A stretch of DNA of 62,693 nt from Candidatus Eiseniibacteriota bacterium. Lineage in GTDB: Bacteria > Eisenbacteria > RBG-16-71-46 > SZUA-252. The notes beneath the pieces were generated by a model. That model did no database searches and was not told where the DNA came from. It worked only from the letters and a program-made list of their open reading frames with translations. This document shows positions 41,283 through 50,689 of the stretch, piece by piece. Each line of letters starts with the position of its first letter. Position 1 is the first letter of the stretch. The position numbers and the translations under genes are program-made. The stretch is from assembly GCA_036507115.1 (NCBI GenBank), contig DASXQO010000230.1:1-62693 (forward strand). Reading direction: 5' to 3'.

Positions 41283-42512
41283 ATGAAGGGCGCGGGCTGG
41301 CACCTTTTCCGGAGCGGCAGTTTTCGGGCGCTCTGGCTCGGCCAGTTCGTCTCCATCTTCGGCGACCGGCTCCACTACTTCGCGCTTCTCGCGCTGATCG
41401 TCGAACGCGCCCACGATCCGCGGAATCCCGCGCCCGAGCTCGCGCTGGTCCCGGCTGTGAGCTTCCTTCCCACGATCCTGGTCGGGCCCCTCGCGGGAGC
41501 GCTCGTCGATTCCTGGCAGACGCGAAGCGTCCTCGTCCTATCGGACTTCATCCGGGGATGCCTCGTCCTCCTGATCCTGCCCGCGGTCGCGTTCGGGGGT
41601 CTCCCCGCGGCATTCACACTCGTCTTCCTGCTCTACGTCGCGAACACCTTCTTCCTCCCGGCCCGCTCGGCCATCGTCCCCGATATCGTCCAGGACCACG
41701 AGCTCATGGAGGCGAACTCGCTCTGCACGCTCGCGGGAGTGGCGGCGACGATTGCGGGCGCGGCCCTGGGGGGCATCCTCGTCGACCGCGCGGGCTGGCG
41801 GTTGGGATTCGCGATCGACGCGGTCACCTACTTCGTGTCGGTGGGATTCCTCGCCGCGATGAGACCCAGACCGCGCGAGCGCCGCCCGACCCCCAAGACC
41901 TGGGCCCTTGTCTATCGCGCGCTCGGACGCGACGTAAGGGAGGGAGCCCGTCTCACGGTGGGAAACCGCGCGGTGCTGGGATCGGTCCTGGCGCTCGTCC
42001 TTCTCTGGGTCGCCGGGGGAGCGCTTCACGTCGCGGGAACGGTGCTCCTTCGCCAGCGCATGAGCGCGTTCGTCTCGGGGACGGGCGGCGTACTCTCGGC
42101 GGTGGGGTTCGGGATGGTCGCGGGCACGCTGTTCACCGCCTGGCGCGGACGGCTGTGGCCCCCGAGGCTCCTGATCGCGACCGGGCTCCTGGGCACGGGC
42201 GTGGCGCTCGCGGTCTTCTCGCGGGCCGTCTCGTTTCCGGCGCTCGCGGCGGTGGGGTTCACCGCCGGCATCTTCGTCGCGCTGCTCCTCGTCACCACGG
42301 AGGCGGTGGTGCAGGCGTCGGTCGGCCCGGAGGCGCGGGGGCGCGTCTTCGCGCTCCGCGATTTCTCGACGCGGGTGGCCGTGCTCGCGACCGCCGGCGT
42401 GTTGGGGATCGCGCTGGGGCGCTCGTGGCTGACCCCGGGAATGGCCGTCGTCGGAGCGGGCGCGCTGCTGGCCGGGGCTGGAATCTGGATTGCGCTCAGG
42501 TGGAAGCGGTGA
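41283..42512 (+). CDS. MFS transporter
   Basis: 409 aa with about 12 hydrophobic segments. N-terminal FRALWLGQFVSIFGDRLHYFAL is typical of MFS_3/EntS-like exporters. Confidence 0.8.
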   Translation: MKGAGWHLFRSGSFRALWLGQFVSIFGDRLHYFALLALIVERAHDPRNPAPELALVPAVSFLPTILVGPLAGALVDSWQTRSVLVLSDFIRGCLVLLILPAVAFGGLPAAFTLVFLLYVANTFFLPARSAIVPDIVQDHELMEANSLCTLAGVAATIAGAALGGILVDRAGWRLGFAIDAVTYFVSVGFLAAMRPRPRERRPTPKTWALVYRALGRDVREGARLTVGNRAVLGSVLALVLLWVAGGALHVAGTVLLRQRMSAFVSGTGGVLSAVGFGMVAGTLFTAWRGRLWPPRLLIATGLLGTGVALAVFSRAVSFPALAAVGFTAGIFVALLLVTTEAVVQASVGPEARGRVFALRDFSTRVAVLATAGVLGIALGRSWLTPGMAVVGAGALLAGAGIWIALRWKR

Positions 42513-42539
42513 GACCCGGGAGGGAGAAACCCTCGTTCC

Positions 42540-43388
42540 TTAGAAGACCTTCTTTCCTTCCGCGAGCATCTCGTTCAGCGCGTCGCGGAAGTAGGGCGTC
42601 GCGTTCGCCATCTCGGGCGTCACGCGCTCCTTGTAGACCTCCCACGATTTCTTGATCTCGTATCCGAGCACGGCGACCAGGTTGCCCTCCTTGACTCCGC
42701 GGTCGCGCTTTTCCTTGTTGTAGATCGCGATGTCGGAGGCGAGCACGCGCGCGAGACGCCGCGCCCGCTCGTGCTTCAGGCGCTCCGCCTCGGGAAGCCC
42801 TGCGGGGATTCCGGCCGACGGGGTGACTCCTGCCGTGGGTGCCGCGGGCGCGGGTGCCGGGTCCTGCCGCGGCTCGGCCGCCGGCGGGCGCTGTGCGGAC
42901 TCGGCCGCCGGCGGGTCCTGCCGCGGCTCGGCCGTCGGCGGGCGCTGTGCGGGCTCGGCCGGCGCGGTCCGGACCGGGGCAGGAGACGCCGCGGGCGCGC
43001 GTTCCCACGCGGACGCATCGGGCTCAACCCCCGCAGGCACGCTGGAGGCGAAGGCCGTGGCGAAGCGTTCGATCTCGGTCGGCGCGACCTGCTCGGGCGC
43101 GCCCTCGGACGCAGGCGGCGCGGGAGCCCCCGTCGGCTCGGACGCGTCCGGCGGAGACGGAGGCGCCGCCGTCGGAGGCGCTACCGGAGGAGCCGCGGGG
43201 GGGACCGGCCTGGCCTCTTGGGGAGTCGGGGGAATCAGCGGGAGCTCGGAGGGAGCCAACGACGCAGCCCCTCGCTCTATGGAAAATACCGCCTGGCACT
43301 TGCGGCAGCGCACGCGCGCGCCCTGGATCGGAATCTTCTCATCCGCGATGGTATAGCGAGCGCCGCAGGCGCTGCATACGACTTGCAT
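42540..43388 (-). CDS. MJ0042-type zinc-ribbon protein with a Pro-rich repeat linker and a conserved-looking C-terminal domain
   Basis: 282-aa C-terminal part of tracked ORF 42540..45041. MQVVCSACGARYTIADEKIPIQGARVRCRKCQAVFSI, then a Pro/Ala linker with an 18-aa tandem repeat. The C-terminus is ARRLARVLASDIAIYNKEKRDRGVKEGNL... Confidence 0.7.
   Translation of the reverse strand: MQVVCSACGARYTIADEKIPIQGARVRCRKCQAVFSIERGAASLAPSELPLIPPTPQEARPVPPAAPPVAPPTAAPPSPPDASEPTGAPAPPASEGAPEQVAPTEIERFATAFASSVPAGVEPDASAWERAPAASPAPVRTAPAEPAQRPPTAEPRQDPPAAESAQRPPAAEPRQDPAPAPAAPTAGVTPSAGIPAGLPEAERLKHERARRLARVLASDIAIYNKEKRDRGVKEGNLVAVLGYEIKKSWEVYKERVTPEMANATPYFRDALNEMLAEGKKVF
42858..42965. repeat. In-frame tandem repeat, 2 x 54 bp (18 aa), inside the zinc-ribbon protein linker
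   Basis: cgggtcctgccgcggctcggcc... recurs at 42858 and 42912 with a few mismatches. It encodes AEPAQRPPTAEPRQDPPA / AESAQRPPAAEPRQDPAP. Confidence 0.85.
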
Positions 43389-43510
43389 CCATACACTCCT
43401 GTTCGTCGAGCTGCTCCAGCGGTTCCCGAAGGCCTCGTCGAAGGCATCGGATTCGGACAGACGGTCGCCAACTCTATCGGCTTCCAGCCGCCCATCTTTC
43501 GGGGAATCAT

Positions 43511-45583
43511 CTACCCGCTCTCCAAGTACCGGTCCGCGCCCGCGAAATGGGCCTCGATCCAGCTCTTGAGCTTGGCTTCCCCTCCCTTGCCCTCCTCTTC
43601 GGACAGGAGCTCCTGGGCGAGGGCGCGCGCCCCCTCGATCAGGTCGAGATCCCGCATCGCGTCCACCGCACGGAACTCCGGGAAGCCGTGCTGGGAGGTT
43701 CCCAGCAGCTCTCCCGGGCCTCGGAGCTTCAAGTCCTCCTCGGCGAGTTGCTGCCCGTTTTCGACCCGGCGAAAGATTTCGAGCCTTTGCCGCGCGACCT
43801 CCCCGGTTCCCCTTCCGAGAAGGAGCACGCATCGGCCCGGCCGGTCGGCACGACCGACCCGTCCCCGAAGCTGGTGGAGCTGGGCCAGGCCGAAGCGCTC
43901 CGGGTGCTCGATCACGATGAGCGTGGCGTCGGGGATGTCGAGCCCCACCTCGACGACCGTGGTCGCCACGAGGATCCTCGCGTCCCCCGAGCGGAACCGC
44001 TCGATCGCGAGCCGCCGATCCGCGGGCTTGAGGCGTCCGTGAATCAGCACCACGCCGGCTTTCGCGAGGCGGCCCACACCCGCGAGCTTCTCCGCCATGG
44101 CGGCGGCGGATTTCAGATCGGTCGTCTCGCTCTCCTCGACGACCGGGTACACGACGAAGGCGCTCCCACCGCGCTCCACCTCCTCGCCGAGAACCCGCAC
44201 CAAGGACTCGATCCCTCCCGCGCGGGCGAACGTGGTCGCGACCGGAGCGCGCCCCGGCGGGCGTTCGGTGAGAAGGGAGAGATCGAGATCGCCGTAGAGC
44301 GTCATCGCCAGGCTTCGCGGGATCGGGGTTGCCGTCAGCACCAGGAGGTGCGCGTCCCGCACGTCGCTGCTCTTGGAGGCGAGGGTGACCCTTTGGCGCA
44401 CTCCGAAGCGGTGCTGCTCGTCCACCACGACGAGCCCGAGGGAATCGAAGCTCAAGTCGCGTTCGAGGAGCGCGTGGGTCCCGATGATGAGGGGAGTGTC
44501 CCCCGACGCGATCCCCGTCAGGATGCGGTCTCGTTCTTGAGCCTTCGTGGCGGCGGTCAGGAGGGCGTATCGAACGCCGCTGGGTTCGAGAAGCCGCGCG
44601 GCCGTGTCGGCGTGCTGCTCCGCCAGGAGCGCCGTGGGCGCAAGGATCGCGGTCTGCGTCCGGGCACCCGCGGCGCGGACCGCGGCGGCCAACGCGAGCA
44701 CCGTCTTCCCGGAACCGACGTCGCCCAGGAGGAGCCGGCGCATGGGCACGTCCTGGTCCAGGTCGCGCTCGATCGCGGCGAGTGCAACCTCCTGCGAACC
44801 GGTCAGCGTGAAGGGGAGCGATTTCCGGAACTGCCCGGCGAGCGGGGCGCCGCTTCCCAAGGGATGCGCCGCGCGCCTGCCGCGGTGCCGCGCGCGCGCG
44901 TAGAGGAGCGAGATCTGCACCCGGAGGAGCTCCTCCAGGGCGAGCCGGCGCCTCGCGGGCTCGGCGTCCTCGGGGCGCTCCGGGACATGGACCTGCTCGA
45001 GGGCGTCCCGGAGCGCGGGAAGGCCGCGCTCGCGCCGCCATGCCTCCGGGACCGGGTCTTGGATCCCGGGGAGCTTCCGGAGCGCGTCCAGGACCCGCGC
45101 GCGAAGCCAGCGCTGGGTGACTCCCTGCGTGAGTCCGTACACCGGCGTGACGCGCGCGAAGCGCGGTTCTGCTCCTCCGTTTTCCTCCGCCTCGAATTCT
45201 GGGTTGTGCATCTCCAGCCCGTGGAAGGGCTCGACCGGACCCGAAAAGTAGTAGCGCGCGCCCGCCTTGAGCGCGCGCTCGACGTAGGGCTGGTTGAACC
45301 AGACCACGCGCAAGGCGCCCGTTCCGTCCTGGACCATTCCCGTGACGTCGCGCCGGCCTCGCAGGCGGCGCTCGAGGCGAAGGGTGGCCAGGGTCCCGAG
45401 GACGGAGGCCTCCTGATTCGGCTTCAAGAATGCGATCGGCGTGATGCTGCGCCGGTCGCGGTAGCTTCGCGGGACGTGGAAGAGGAGGTCTCGGAGGGTG
45501 CGGATATCGAGCTTGGCCAAGCGCCTGGCCATTTCGGGCCCGACGCCGCTCAGGAAGCGCACCGGATCGTTGAGCGAAGGCAT
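43511..45583 (-). CDS. recG: ATP-dependent DNA helicase RecG
   Basis: Wedge domain, then Walker A GDVGSGKT, DEQHRFGV, TATPIPR, and QLHQLRGRVGR. Confidence 0.95.
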   Translation of the reverse strand: MPSLNDPVRFLSGVGPEMARRLAKLDIRTLRDLLFHVPRSYRDRRSITPIAFLKPNQEASVLGTLATLRLERRLRGRRDVTGMVQDGTGALRVVWFNQPYVERALKAGARYYFSGPVEPFHGLEMHNPEFEAEENGGAEPRFARVTPVYGLTQGVTQRWLRARVLDALRKLPGIQDPVPEAWRRERGLPALRDALEQVHVPERPEDAEPARRRLALEELLRVQISLLYARARHRGRRAAHPLGSGAPLAGQFRKSLPFTLTGSQEVALAAIERDLDQDVPMRRLLLGDVGSGKTVLALAAAVRAAGARTQTAILAPTALLAEQHADTAARLLEPSGVRYALLTAATKAQERDRILTGIASGDTPLIIGTHALLERDLSFDSLGLVVVDEQHRFGVRQRVTLASKSSDVRDAHLLVLTATPIPRSLAMTLYGDLDLSLLTERPPGRAPVATTFARAGGIESLVRVLGEEVERGGSAFVVYPVVEESETTDLKSAAAMAEKLAGVGRLAKAGVVLIHGRLKPADRRLAIERFRSGDARILVATTVVEVGLDIPDATLIVIEHPERFGLAQLHQLRGRVGRADRPGRCVLLLGRGTGEVARQRLEIFRRVENGQQLAEEDLKLRGPGELLGTSQHGFPEFRAVDAMRDLDLIEGARALAQELLSEEEGKGGEAKLKSWIEAHFAGADRYLESG

Positions 45584-45625
45584 CGCAGCGATGCTAGGGG
45601 CCGCCTCGCGGCGATGTCAAACAGG

Positions 45626-45654
45626 TTGCCTCGGGGGAAGGGTACGGCTACAAT
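45626..45654 (+). promoter_or_regulatory. Sigma70-type promoter candidate for rpmB (TTGCCT-N17-TACAAT)
   Basis: TTGCCT at 45626-45631 and TACAAT at 45649-45654, with a 17-nt spacer. It lies about 40 nt upstream of the rpmB ATG in the recG/rpmB divergent region. Confidence 0.5.
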
Positions 45655-45692
45655 CCTTCGCCTACGTCGATCCTCAGGAGGATTTCTTCTTT

Positions 45693-45917
45693 ATGGCTAA
45701 GATCTGCGACATCTGCGGCAAGGGCGTACAGCACGGACAGAACGTGAGCCACGCCCACAACGTGACCAAGCGCCGCTGGGAAGTCAATCTTCAGACCGTG
45801 CGCGCGGTCGTCCAGGGAAAGCCCCGCAAGCTCCGCGTCTGCACCCGCTGCATCCGTTCCGGCGCCGTCCAGAAGGGAATGCCTGCCAAGGCAGAGCAGC
45901 GCGCCCGGAGCGTCTGA
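45693..45917 (+). CDS. rpmB: 50S ribosomal protein L28
   Basis: MAKICDICGKGVQHGQNVSHAHNVTKRRWEVNLQ. AGGAGGA SD at 45676-45682. The tracked ORF 45498..45917 over-extends upstream. Confidence 0.9.
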   Translation: MAKICDICGKGVQHGQNVSHAHNVTKRRWEVNLQTVRAVVQGKPRKLRVCTRCIRSGAVQKGMPAKAEQRARSV

Positions 45918-45954
45918 AACCCGGCGCCCCCCGCCCTGATCGTAGTTGTTCGAA

Positions 45955-45971
45955 CCCCGAGCCCCGCTCGG
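45955..45971. terminator. GC-rich hairpin between convergent rpmB and ftsZ (cccgagc-ccc-gctcggg)
   Basis: 7-bp perfect stem with a 3-nt loop in the 61-nt convergent gap. There is no clear U-tract on either strand. Confidence 0.3.
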
Positions 45972-45978
45972 GCCCGCT

Positions 45979-47211
45979 TCAGTCCATTTGCTTCCGCATG
46001 AAGGCCGGCACGTCCATGTTGTCCCGGGTGATGGAGCGTCCCCCGAAGGGACGGCGCGGCGACGCGGGCGCCATCCGGTATCCCGGACGCGCCGCTGCCA
46101 CGGCTCCTTCTTCCTCGGGAAGAGACTCCTCCAGAGGCGACCGGACCACGGCCGGCCTCACGGCGCGCTCGCGCGGCTCCATTTCGTAGATCCTGGGCTG
46201 AGGCCCGTGCGCGGCGGCCGGCACTCCCATCGGCCGCTGCTTCGACTCCCCTTTCCCGAACCCGGTCGCGATCACCGTGATCGAGAGACCATCCCCCATG
46301 TGCTCGTCGATCACCGCGCCGAAGATCACGTTGGCGTCGTGCCCCGCGGCATCGACCACGACGGTCACCGCCTCGTTGATCTCGTGGAGCGTCATCGACT
46401 CGCCTCCGGTGACGTTCACGAGCAGCGCTTCGGCGCCGGAAATCGAAACGTCGTCGAGCAGCGGGCTCGAGACCGCCGATTGGGCCGCTTCGTACGCCCG
46501 GTTCGGCCCGGTCGCGTGCCCCGCTCCCATGAGCGCGTTCCCGCGCTCCGCCATGACCGTCTTCACATCGGCGAAGTCCAGGTTCACGAGGCCGGGGACC
46601 GTGATCAGATCCGAGATTCCCTTCGTCGCGTGATGCAGCACCTGGTCCGCCACGCGGAACGCCTCCTTGAGCGGCGTGGTGCGGTCCACGATCGTGAGCA
46701 GCCGCTGGTTCGGGATCACGATCAGCGTATCCACCCGTTCCCGGAGCTCGCGCAGCCCGTCCTCGGCGAGCTGCATACGACGCCGCCCTTCGAACTCGAA
46801 CGGCCGCGTCACGACCGCGACCGTGAGCGCCCCCTGTGCCCTCGCGATGCGCGCGACCACGGGCGCAGCACCCGTGCCCGTCCCGCCGCCCATGCCGGCG
46901 GTCACGAACACCATGTCGGCTCCCTCGAGCGCCTGCGCGATCTGGGCTTCGTCCTCCTCCGCCGCATCACGCCCGACGTTCGGGTTCGCGCCCGACCCGA
47001 GCCCCTTCGTGACGCCCGCCCCGAGTTGGAGCTTCCTCGGGCTGAACGATTGATCCAATACCTGCGCGTCGGTATTGGCCGCGATGAATTCGACCCCGTT
47101 GAGCCCGGACTCGATCATCCGATTCACCGCGTTTCCACCCGCACCTCCGACACCGATCACCTTGATCGAGGCCCCCAGCACCACCTTCCCGTCATCGATC
47201 AACTCGAGCAT
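45979..47211 (-). CDS. ftsZ: Cell division protein FtsZ
   Basis: [26 protein letters not shown], and the C-terminal peptide DVPAFMRKQ. Confidence 0.97.
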   Translation of the reverse strand: MLELIDDGKVVLGASIKVIGVGGAGGNAVNRMIESGLNGVEFIAANTDAQVLDQSFSPRKLQLGAGVTKGLGSGANPNVGRDAAEEDEAQIAQALEGADMVFVTAGMGGGTGTGAAPVVARIARAQGALTVAVVTRPFEFEGRRRMQLAEDGLRELRERVDTLIVIPNQRLLTIVDRTTPLKEAFRVADQVLHHATKGISDLITVPGLVNLDFADVKTVMAERGNALMGAGHATGPNRAYEAAQSAVSSPLLDDVSISGAEALLVNVTGGESMTLHEINEAVTVVVDAAGHDANVIFGAVIDEHMGDGLSITVIATGFGKGESKQRPMGVPAAAHGPQPRIYEMEPRERAVRPAVVRSPLEESLPEEEGAVAAARPGYRMAPASPRRPFGGRSITRDNMDVPAFMRKQMD

Positions 47212-47239
47212 CGCGTGACTCCTCCCTCCTCCGCTGGCG

Positions 47240-48469
47240 TCAAACCAGCTCCTCGATCCACCGCTTCAACCCGAACGAAATACGGCTCAACACCCCCCGC
47301 TCGGCCGCGCTCGGCCGCGCACCCATCATGTGGGCGTGGATCGCCAGACCCACCCCCGTCGCGAATCGCGGATCGCACACCGCCTCGGTCAGGCCCGTGA
47401 TTCCCATCGGAACCCCGCGCCGGACCGGCATCTCGAAGACCTGCTCCGCTAATTCGGTCATCCCTTCCAAGAGTGAGGCACCGCCGGTCAGGACCACGCC
47501 GGCGCCGAGCAGATCGGCGACGTGGTTCTTCCGGATTTCCTTCTTCCCCAGCTCGAAGATCTCCTCGATCCGGGGCTCGATCATCATCGCGAGCATGTGA
47601 CGCGAAACCTCGCGGTCCTGCCTCCCCCCCACGCTCGGTACCTGCACAACTTCCTTGGGGCTCACCATCGAGGTGAGCGCGCACCCGCTCTGGAGCTTGA
47701 GCTGCTCGGCGCGCTCCACCGGAGTCCTGAGCCCGATCGCGAGATCGTTGGTCACGTTGGCCCCGCCCAGGCCGATCACGGCGGTGTGGCGCACGCTCCC
47801 CTCGTAGAAGATCGCGACGTCGGTCGTCCCTCCGCCGATGTCGAACAGCGCGACCCCCAGATCGCGTTCGTCCGCGGCCAGGACCGCGTCCGCCGAGGCG
47901 AGCGGCTCCAGCACGAGCTCCTCCACCTGGAGCCCGGCCCGCTCCGCGGCGCGGATCACGTTGCGGCACGCGGAAGCGGCGCCGGTGATGATGTGGACCT
48001 CCGCCTCGAGCCGGACGCCCGACATTCCGACGGGGTCGCGGATGCCGTCCTGGTCATCCACGATGAATTCTTGCGGAAGCACGTGGAGGATTTCCCGGTC
48101 CGTGGGGATCGCGACGGCCTTGGCCGCCTCGATCACGCGCTCGAGGTCGTGCGGCCGGATCTCCGCGTCCTTGCGCGAGACCGCGATCACGCCGCGGCTG
48201 TTGATCCCGCGGATGTGGTCCCCGGCGATCCCGGCGAACACCCCGCGGATCGTGCGGCCCGACATCCGCTCCGCCTCCTGGACCGCGTGCTGGATCGACC
48301 GTGTCGTCTTCTCGAGATTCACGACGACGCCGCGCTTGAGTCCGTCGGAGGGCGCTTCGCCCACGCCGATGATGCGGATCCCTTCCCCGTCCTCCTCGGA
48401 CTCCGCGACAATGGCGGTGATCTTCGTGGTGCCGATGTCCAGCCCAGCGTAGATTCTCGCTTCCGCCAT
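47240..48469 (-). CDS. ftsA: Cell division protein FtsA
   Basis: Actin-fold motifs GLDIGTTKI and DIGGGTTD. Position between ftsQ and ftsZ. Confidence 0.95.
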   Translation of the reverse strand: MAEARIYAGLDIGTTKITAIVAESEEDGEGIRIIGVGEAPSDGLKRGVVVNLEKTTRSIQHAVQEAERMSGRTIRGVFAGIAGDHIRGINSRGVIAVSRKDAEIRPHDLERVIEAAKAVAIPTDREILHVLPQEFIVDDQDGIRDPVGMSGVRLEAEVHIITGAASACRNVIRAAERAGLQVEELVLEPLASADAVLAADERDLGVALFDIGGGTTDVAIFYEGSVRHTAVIGLGGANVTNDLAIGLRTPVERAEQLKLQSGCALTSMVSPKEVVQVPSVGGRQDREVSRHMLAMMIEPRIEEIFELGKKEIRKNHVADLLGAGVVLTGGASLLEGMTELAEQVFEMPVRRGVPMGITGLTEAVCDPRFATGVGLAIHAHMMGARPSAAERGVLSRISFGLKRWIEELV

Positions 48470-48482
48470 CAGGTCCCTCCGG

Positions 48483-49319
48483 TCACACCTTGTCCCGCAC
48501 AGCCGGTACCTCGCCCAAACTGTCTGGAGCGCACCGGACGATCACCTGTCCCCGATATCGGGCGTCCAACACCAGTACCCTCCGATCACGATCGCGCAGG
48601 TCGCGGAGCGTGGCCGCGAGCGCTTTCAAGCAACGCCGCGTCACACGCTCCGGATCGATCAGGATCGGGATCTGATCCCGCGAGGTTCGGAGCACGAACC
48701 ACCGGGGATCGCTCGCGACGATCTCGGAGATCTCGGGCAGGAGCCCGACGTCCGGCGCCTCGAGCAGCGCCACGATACGCAGCACGTCGGCGAACCGGGA
48801 CGCCAGTACCTGCGTTCCCGGACGGTGGGACGCGACCCCCGAGAGTCCGGTCACGACCGGCCGGTCGGCGATCAACCCCCGTGCGAGCGGAGGAAGAACC
48901 GTCCCGGTGGAGTCGACCTCCAGGAGCTTTCCCGCGTTCAGGAGCACGAACGGCCGGCGCTCCCGTACGGAGACGCGGACCGCGGCCGGAAGGAACTCCA
49001 CCTTCGCGCTCTCGATCCGCGGATTGCGCCGGAGCGAGCGCACAATCTCGGCGGGCCGCACCTCGAAGAGGCTCTCCCCCGACTGGACCGGGATCGCCGG
49101 GCGGACCTCCTCGGGAGAGAGGTAGAGAAGGCCGGTCACCTCGACACGCCCCGCCTGGAAGAGCGGGAGCCTCCCGAGAGCGCGCGCGGCAAGCGGCCAG
49201 AGCTTCGCCAGCCCCGCGAGCGCCACCAAGAGCAGGAGCGTCGCGAGCAGGATTCTGCGATTCCTCCTGCGCCGCTCGGGCTGCTTGAGGCGCGCGGTCG
49301 TGCGGCAGCCCGCCCTCAC
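48483..49319 (-). CDS. ftsQ: Cell division protein FtsQ (POTRA domain)
   Basis: N-terminal TM LLATLLLLVALAGL, then a POTRA-like segment VEVTGLLYLSPEEVRPAIPV. GTGA overlap with murC. Confidence 0.85.
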   Translation of the reverse strand: MRAGCRTTARLKQPERRRRNRRILLATLLLLVALAGLAKLWPLAARALGRLPLFQAGRVEVTGLLYLSPEEVRPAIPVQSGESLFEVRPAEIVRSLRRNPRIESAKVEFLPAAVRVSVRERRPFVLLNAGKLLEVDSTGTVLPPLARGLIADRPVVTGLSGVASHRPGTQVLASRFADVLRIVALLEAPDVGLLPEISEIVASDPRWFVLRTSRDQIPILIDPERVTRRCLKALAATLRDLRDRDRRVLVLDARYRGQVIVRCAPDSLGEVPAVRDKV

Positions 49320-50683
49320 GCGGCCCCTCCCCGCGTCAGCTCGCCCACGCGATAGACGTCCCCCGCTCCGATCGTGACGAGGAGATCTCCCTGGCGCAGG
49401 ATCTCGCGAGCAATCTTCGCGGCCTGGCCGAAATCCGCCGCCATCCGCACCGACGCCGTCCCGTTCGCGCGGATGCCCTCGACCAGGATCTCGGAGGTAA
49501 TGCCCGGGATCGCGCTCTCGCCAGCGGGATAGATGGGCAGGAGCACCAGCTCCGAGACGCCGGTGAAGCAGGTCGCGAAACGGTCGCGCAGCGCCTGCGT
49601 GCGCGAGAATCGGTGCGGCTGGAACACGGCGACGATCCTCCTGCCGTAGGTGTCCCGGAGCGCCTGGACCACGGCTTCGATCTCCGTGGGATGGTGCCCG
49701 TAGTCGTCCACCCAGAGCGCTCCCCGTACTTCACCGCGAACTTCGAGCCTCCGGCTCACGCCCGTGAACTCGTGCAGCGCTTCCCGGATCTTGGAAATGG
49801 GGATTCCCAGCTCCCATCCCGCGACGGTCGCGGCGAGCGCGTTCCGCGCGTTGTGGGTGCCGGTGACCCGGAGCTCGAAGACCCCCTCGTCGCGGCCGCG
49901 CGCCCGAAGCCGGTACCGCACGCCGCGCGCGTCCACGTGCAGCTCGGACCCTTCAAAGTCCGCGTCCTTGGTGAATCCGTACGTGAGCAGCCGCCGCTTC
50001 ACCCGGGAACGGAGCGGGGCCACGTTGGGATCATCGTGCGGCAGAACCACCGTGCCGTAGAAGGGGACCCGGTTCACGAAATTCAGGAACGTCTCCTGCA
50101 CGTGGGCGAGATCCTTGTAATAGTCCAGGTGCTCGGCGTCGATGTTCGTCACGACCGCGACCGTCGGCGTGAGCAGGAGGAAGCTGCCGTCGCTCTCGTC
50201 CGCCTCGGCGACCAGGAACGGGCCGTGGCCGAGCCGCGCGTGCGCGCCCACCGCCTTCACTCGCCCTCCGACGATCACGGTGGGATCGAGCCCTCCGTGC
50301 GCCAGGATCTCGCCGACCATCGACGTGGTCGTCGTCTTTCCATGGGCGCCGGCCACCGCCACCGAGTACTTGATCCGCATCAGTTCGGCCAGCATCTCGG
50401 CCCGGGGGATGACCGGGATCGAGCGCTCGTGGGCGCGCTGGATCTCGGGGTTCGATTCCGCGATCGCGGTCGAGGCGACCACGACGTCCGCCCCTTCCAC
50501 CTGCTCCGCGCGATGACCGACGAAGATACGCGCGCCGAGCGACCGGAGCCGTCCCGTGGGCTCCGATTCCTTCAGGTCCGATCCCGAGATCTGGTAGCCC
50601 AGATTCAAGAGCACCTCCGCGATCCCGCTCATCCCGCTGCCGCCGATCCCCACGAGGTGAATCCTCCGGATCCTTCCGTACAT
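49316..50683 (-). CDS. murC: UDP-N-acetylmuramate--L-alanine ligase
   Basis: IHLVGIGGSGMSGIAEVL, VAGAHGKTTTTSM, and DDYGHHPTEI. Confidence 0.95.
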   Translation of the reverse strand: MYGRIRRIHLVGIGGSGMSGIAEVLLNLGYQISGSDLKESEPTGRLRSLGARIFVGHRAEQVEGADVVVASTAIAESNPEIQRAHERSIPVIPRAEMLAELMRIKYSVAVAGAHGKTTTTSMVGEILAHGGLDPTVIVGGRVKAVGAHARLGHGPFLVAEADESDGSFLLLTPTVAVVTNIDAEHLDYYKDLAHVQETFLNFVNRVPFYGTVVLPHDDPNVAPLRSRVKRRLLTYGFTKDADFEGSELHVDARGVRYRLRARGRDEGVFELRVTGTHNARNALAATVAGWELGIPISKIREALHEFTGVSRRLEVRGEVRGALWVDDYGHHPTEIEAVVQALRDTYGRRIVAVFQPHRFSRTQALRDRFATCFTGVSELVLLPIYPAGESAIPGITSEILVEGIRANGTASVRMAADFGQAAKIAREILRQGDLLVTIGAGDVYRVGELTRGGAA

Positions 50684-50689
50684 GCGCTC

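Noticed and set aside
42540-45041. 833-aa tracked ORF that looks like a large fusion protein
   Set aside because: Only the last 282 aa (from ATG 43388) are credible. Upstream it runs out of frame through recG and translates to Arg/Pro/Gly junk. The same over-extension applies to tracked ORFs 667..2367, 1755..3392, 10612..12438, 14364..15284, 14786..16444, 15766..17919, 18983..20218, 20325..21578, 24191..25441, 25715..26569, 26056..27522, 33420..34292, 34843..36357, 52985..54808, 55462..57249, 56907..59609, 58397..60814 and 60472..61179.
42839-45700. 953-aa plus-strand ORF, the longest in the track
   Set aside because: Antisense to recG, which has unambiguous helicase motifs. The composition is Arg/Pro/Gly junk.
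45940-45975. tRNA-like T-loop string (gttcgaacccc) near the rpmB end
   Set aside because: There is no acceptor stem, D-arm or anticodon arm around it. The upstream part is the rpmB coding end. It is better explained as the short hairpin between convergent genes.
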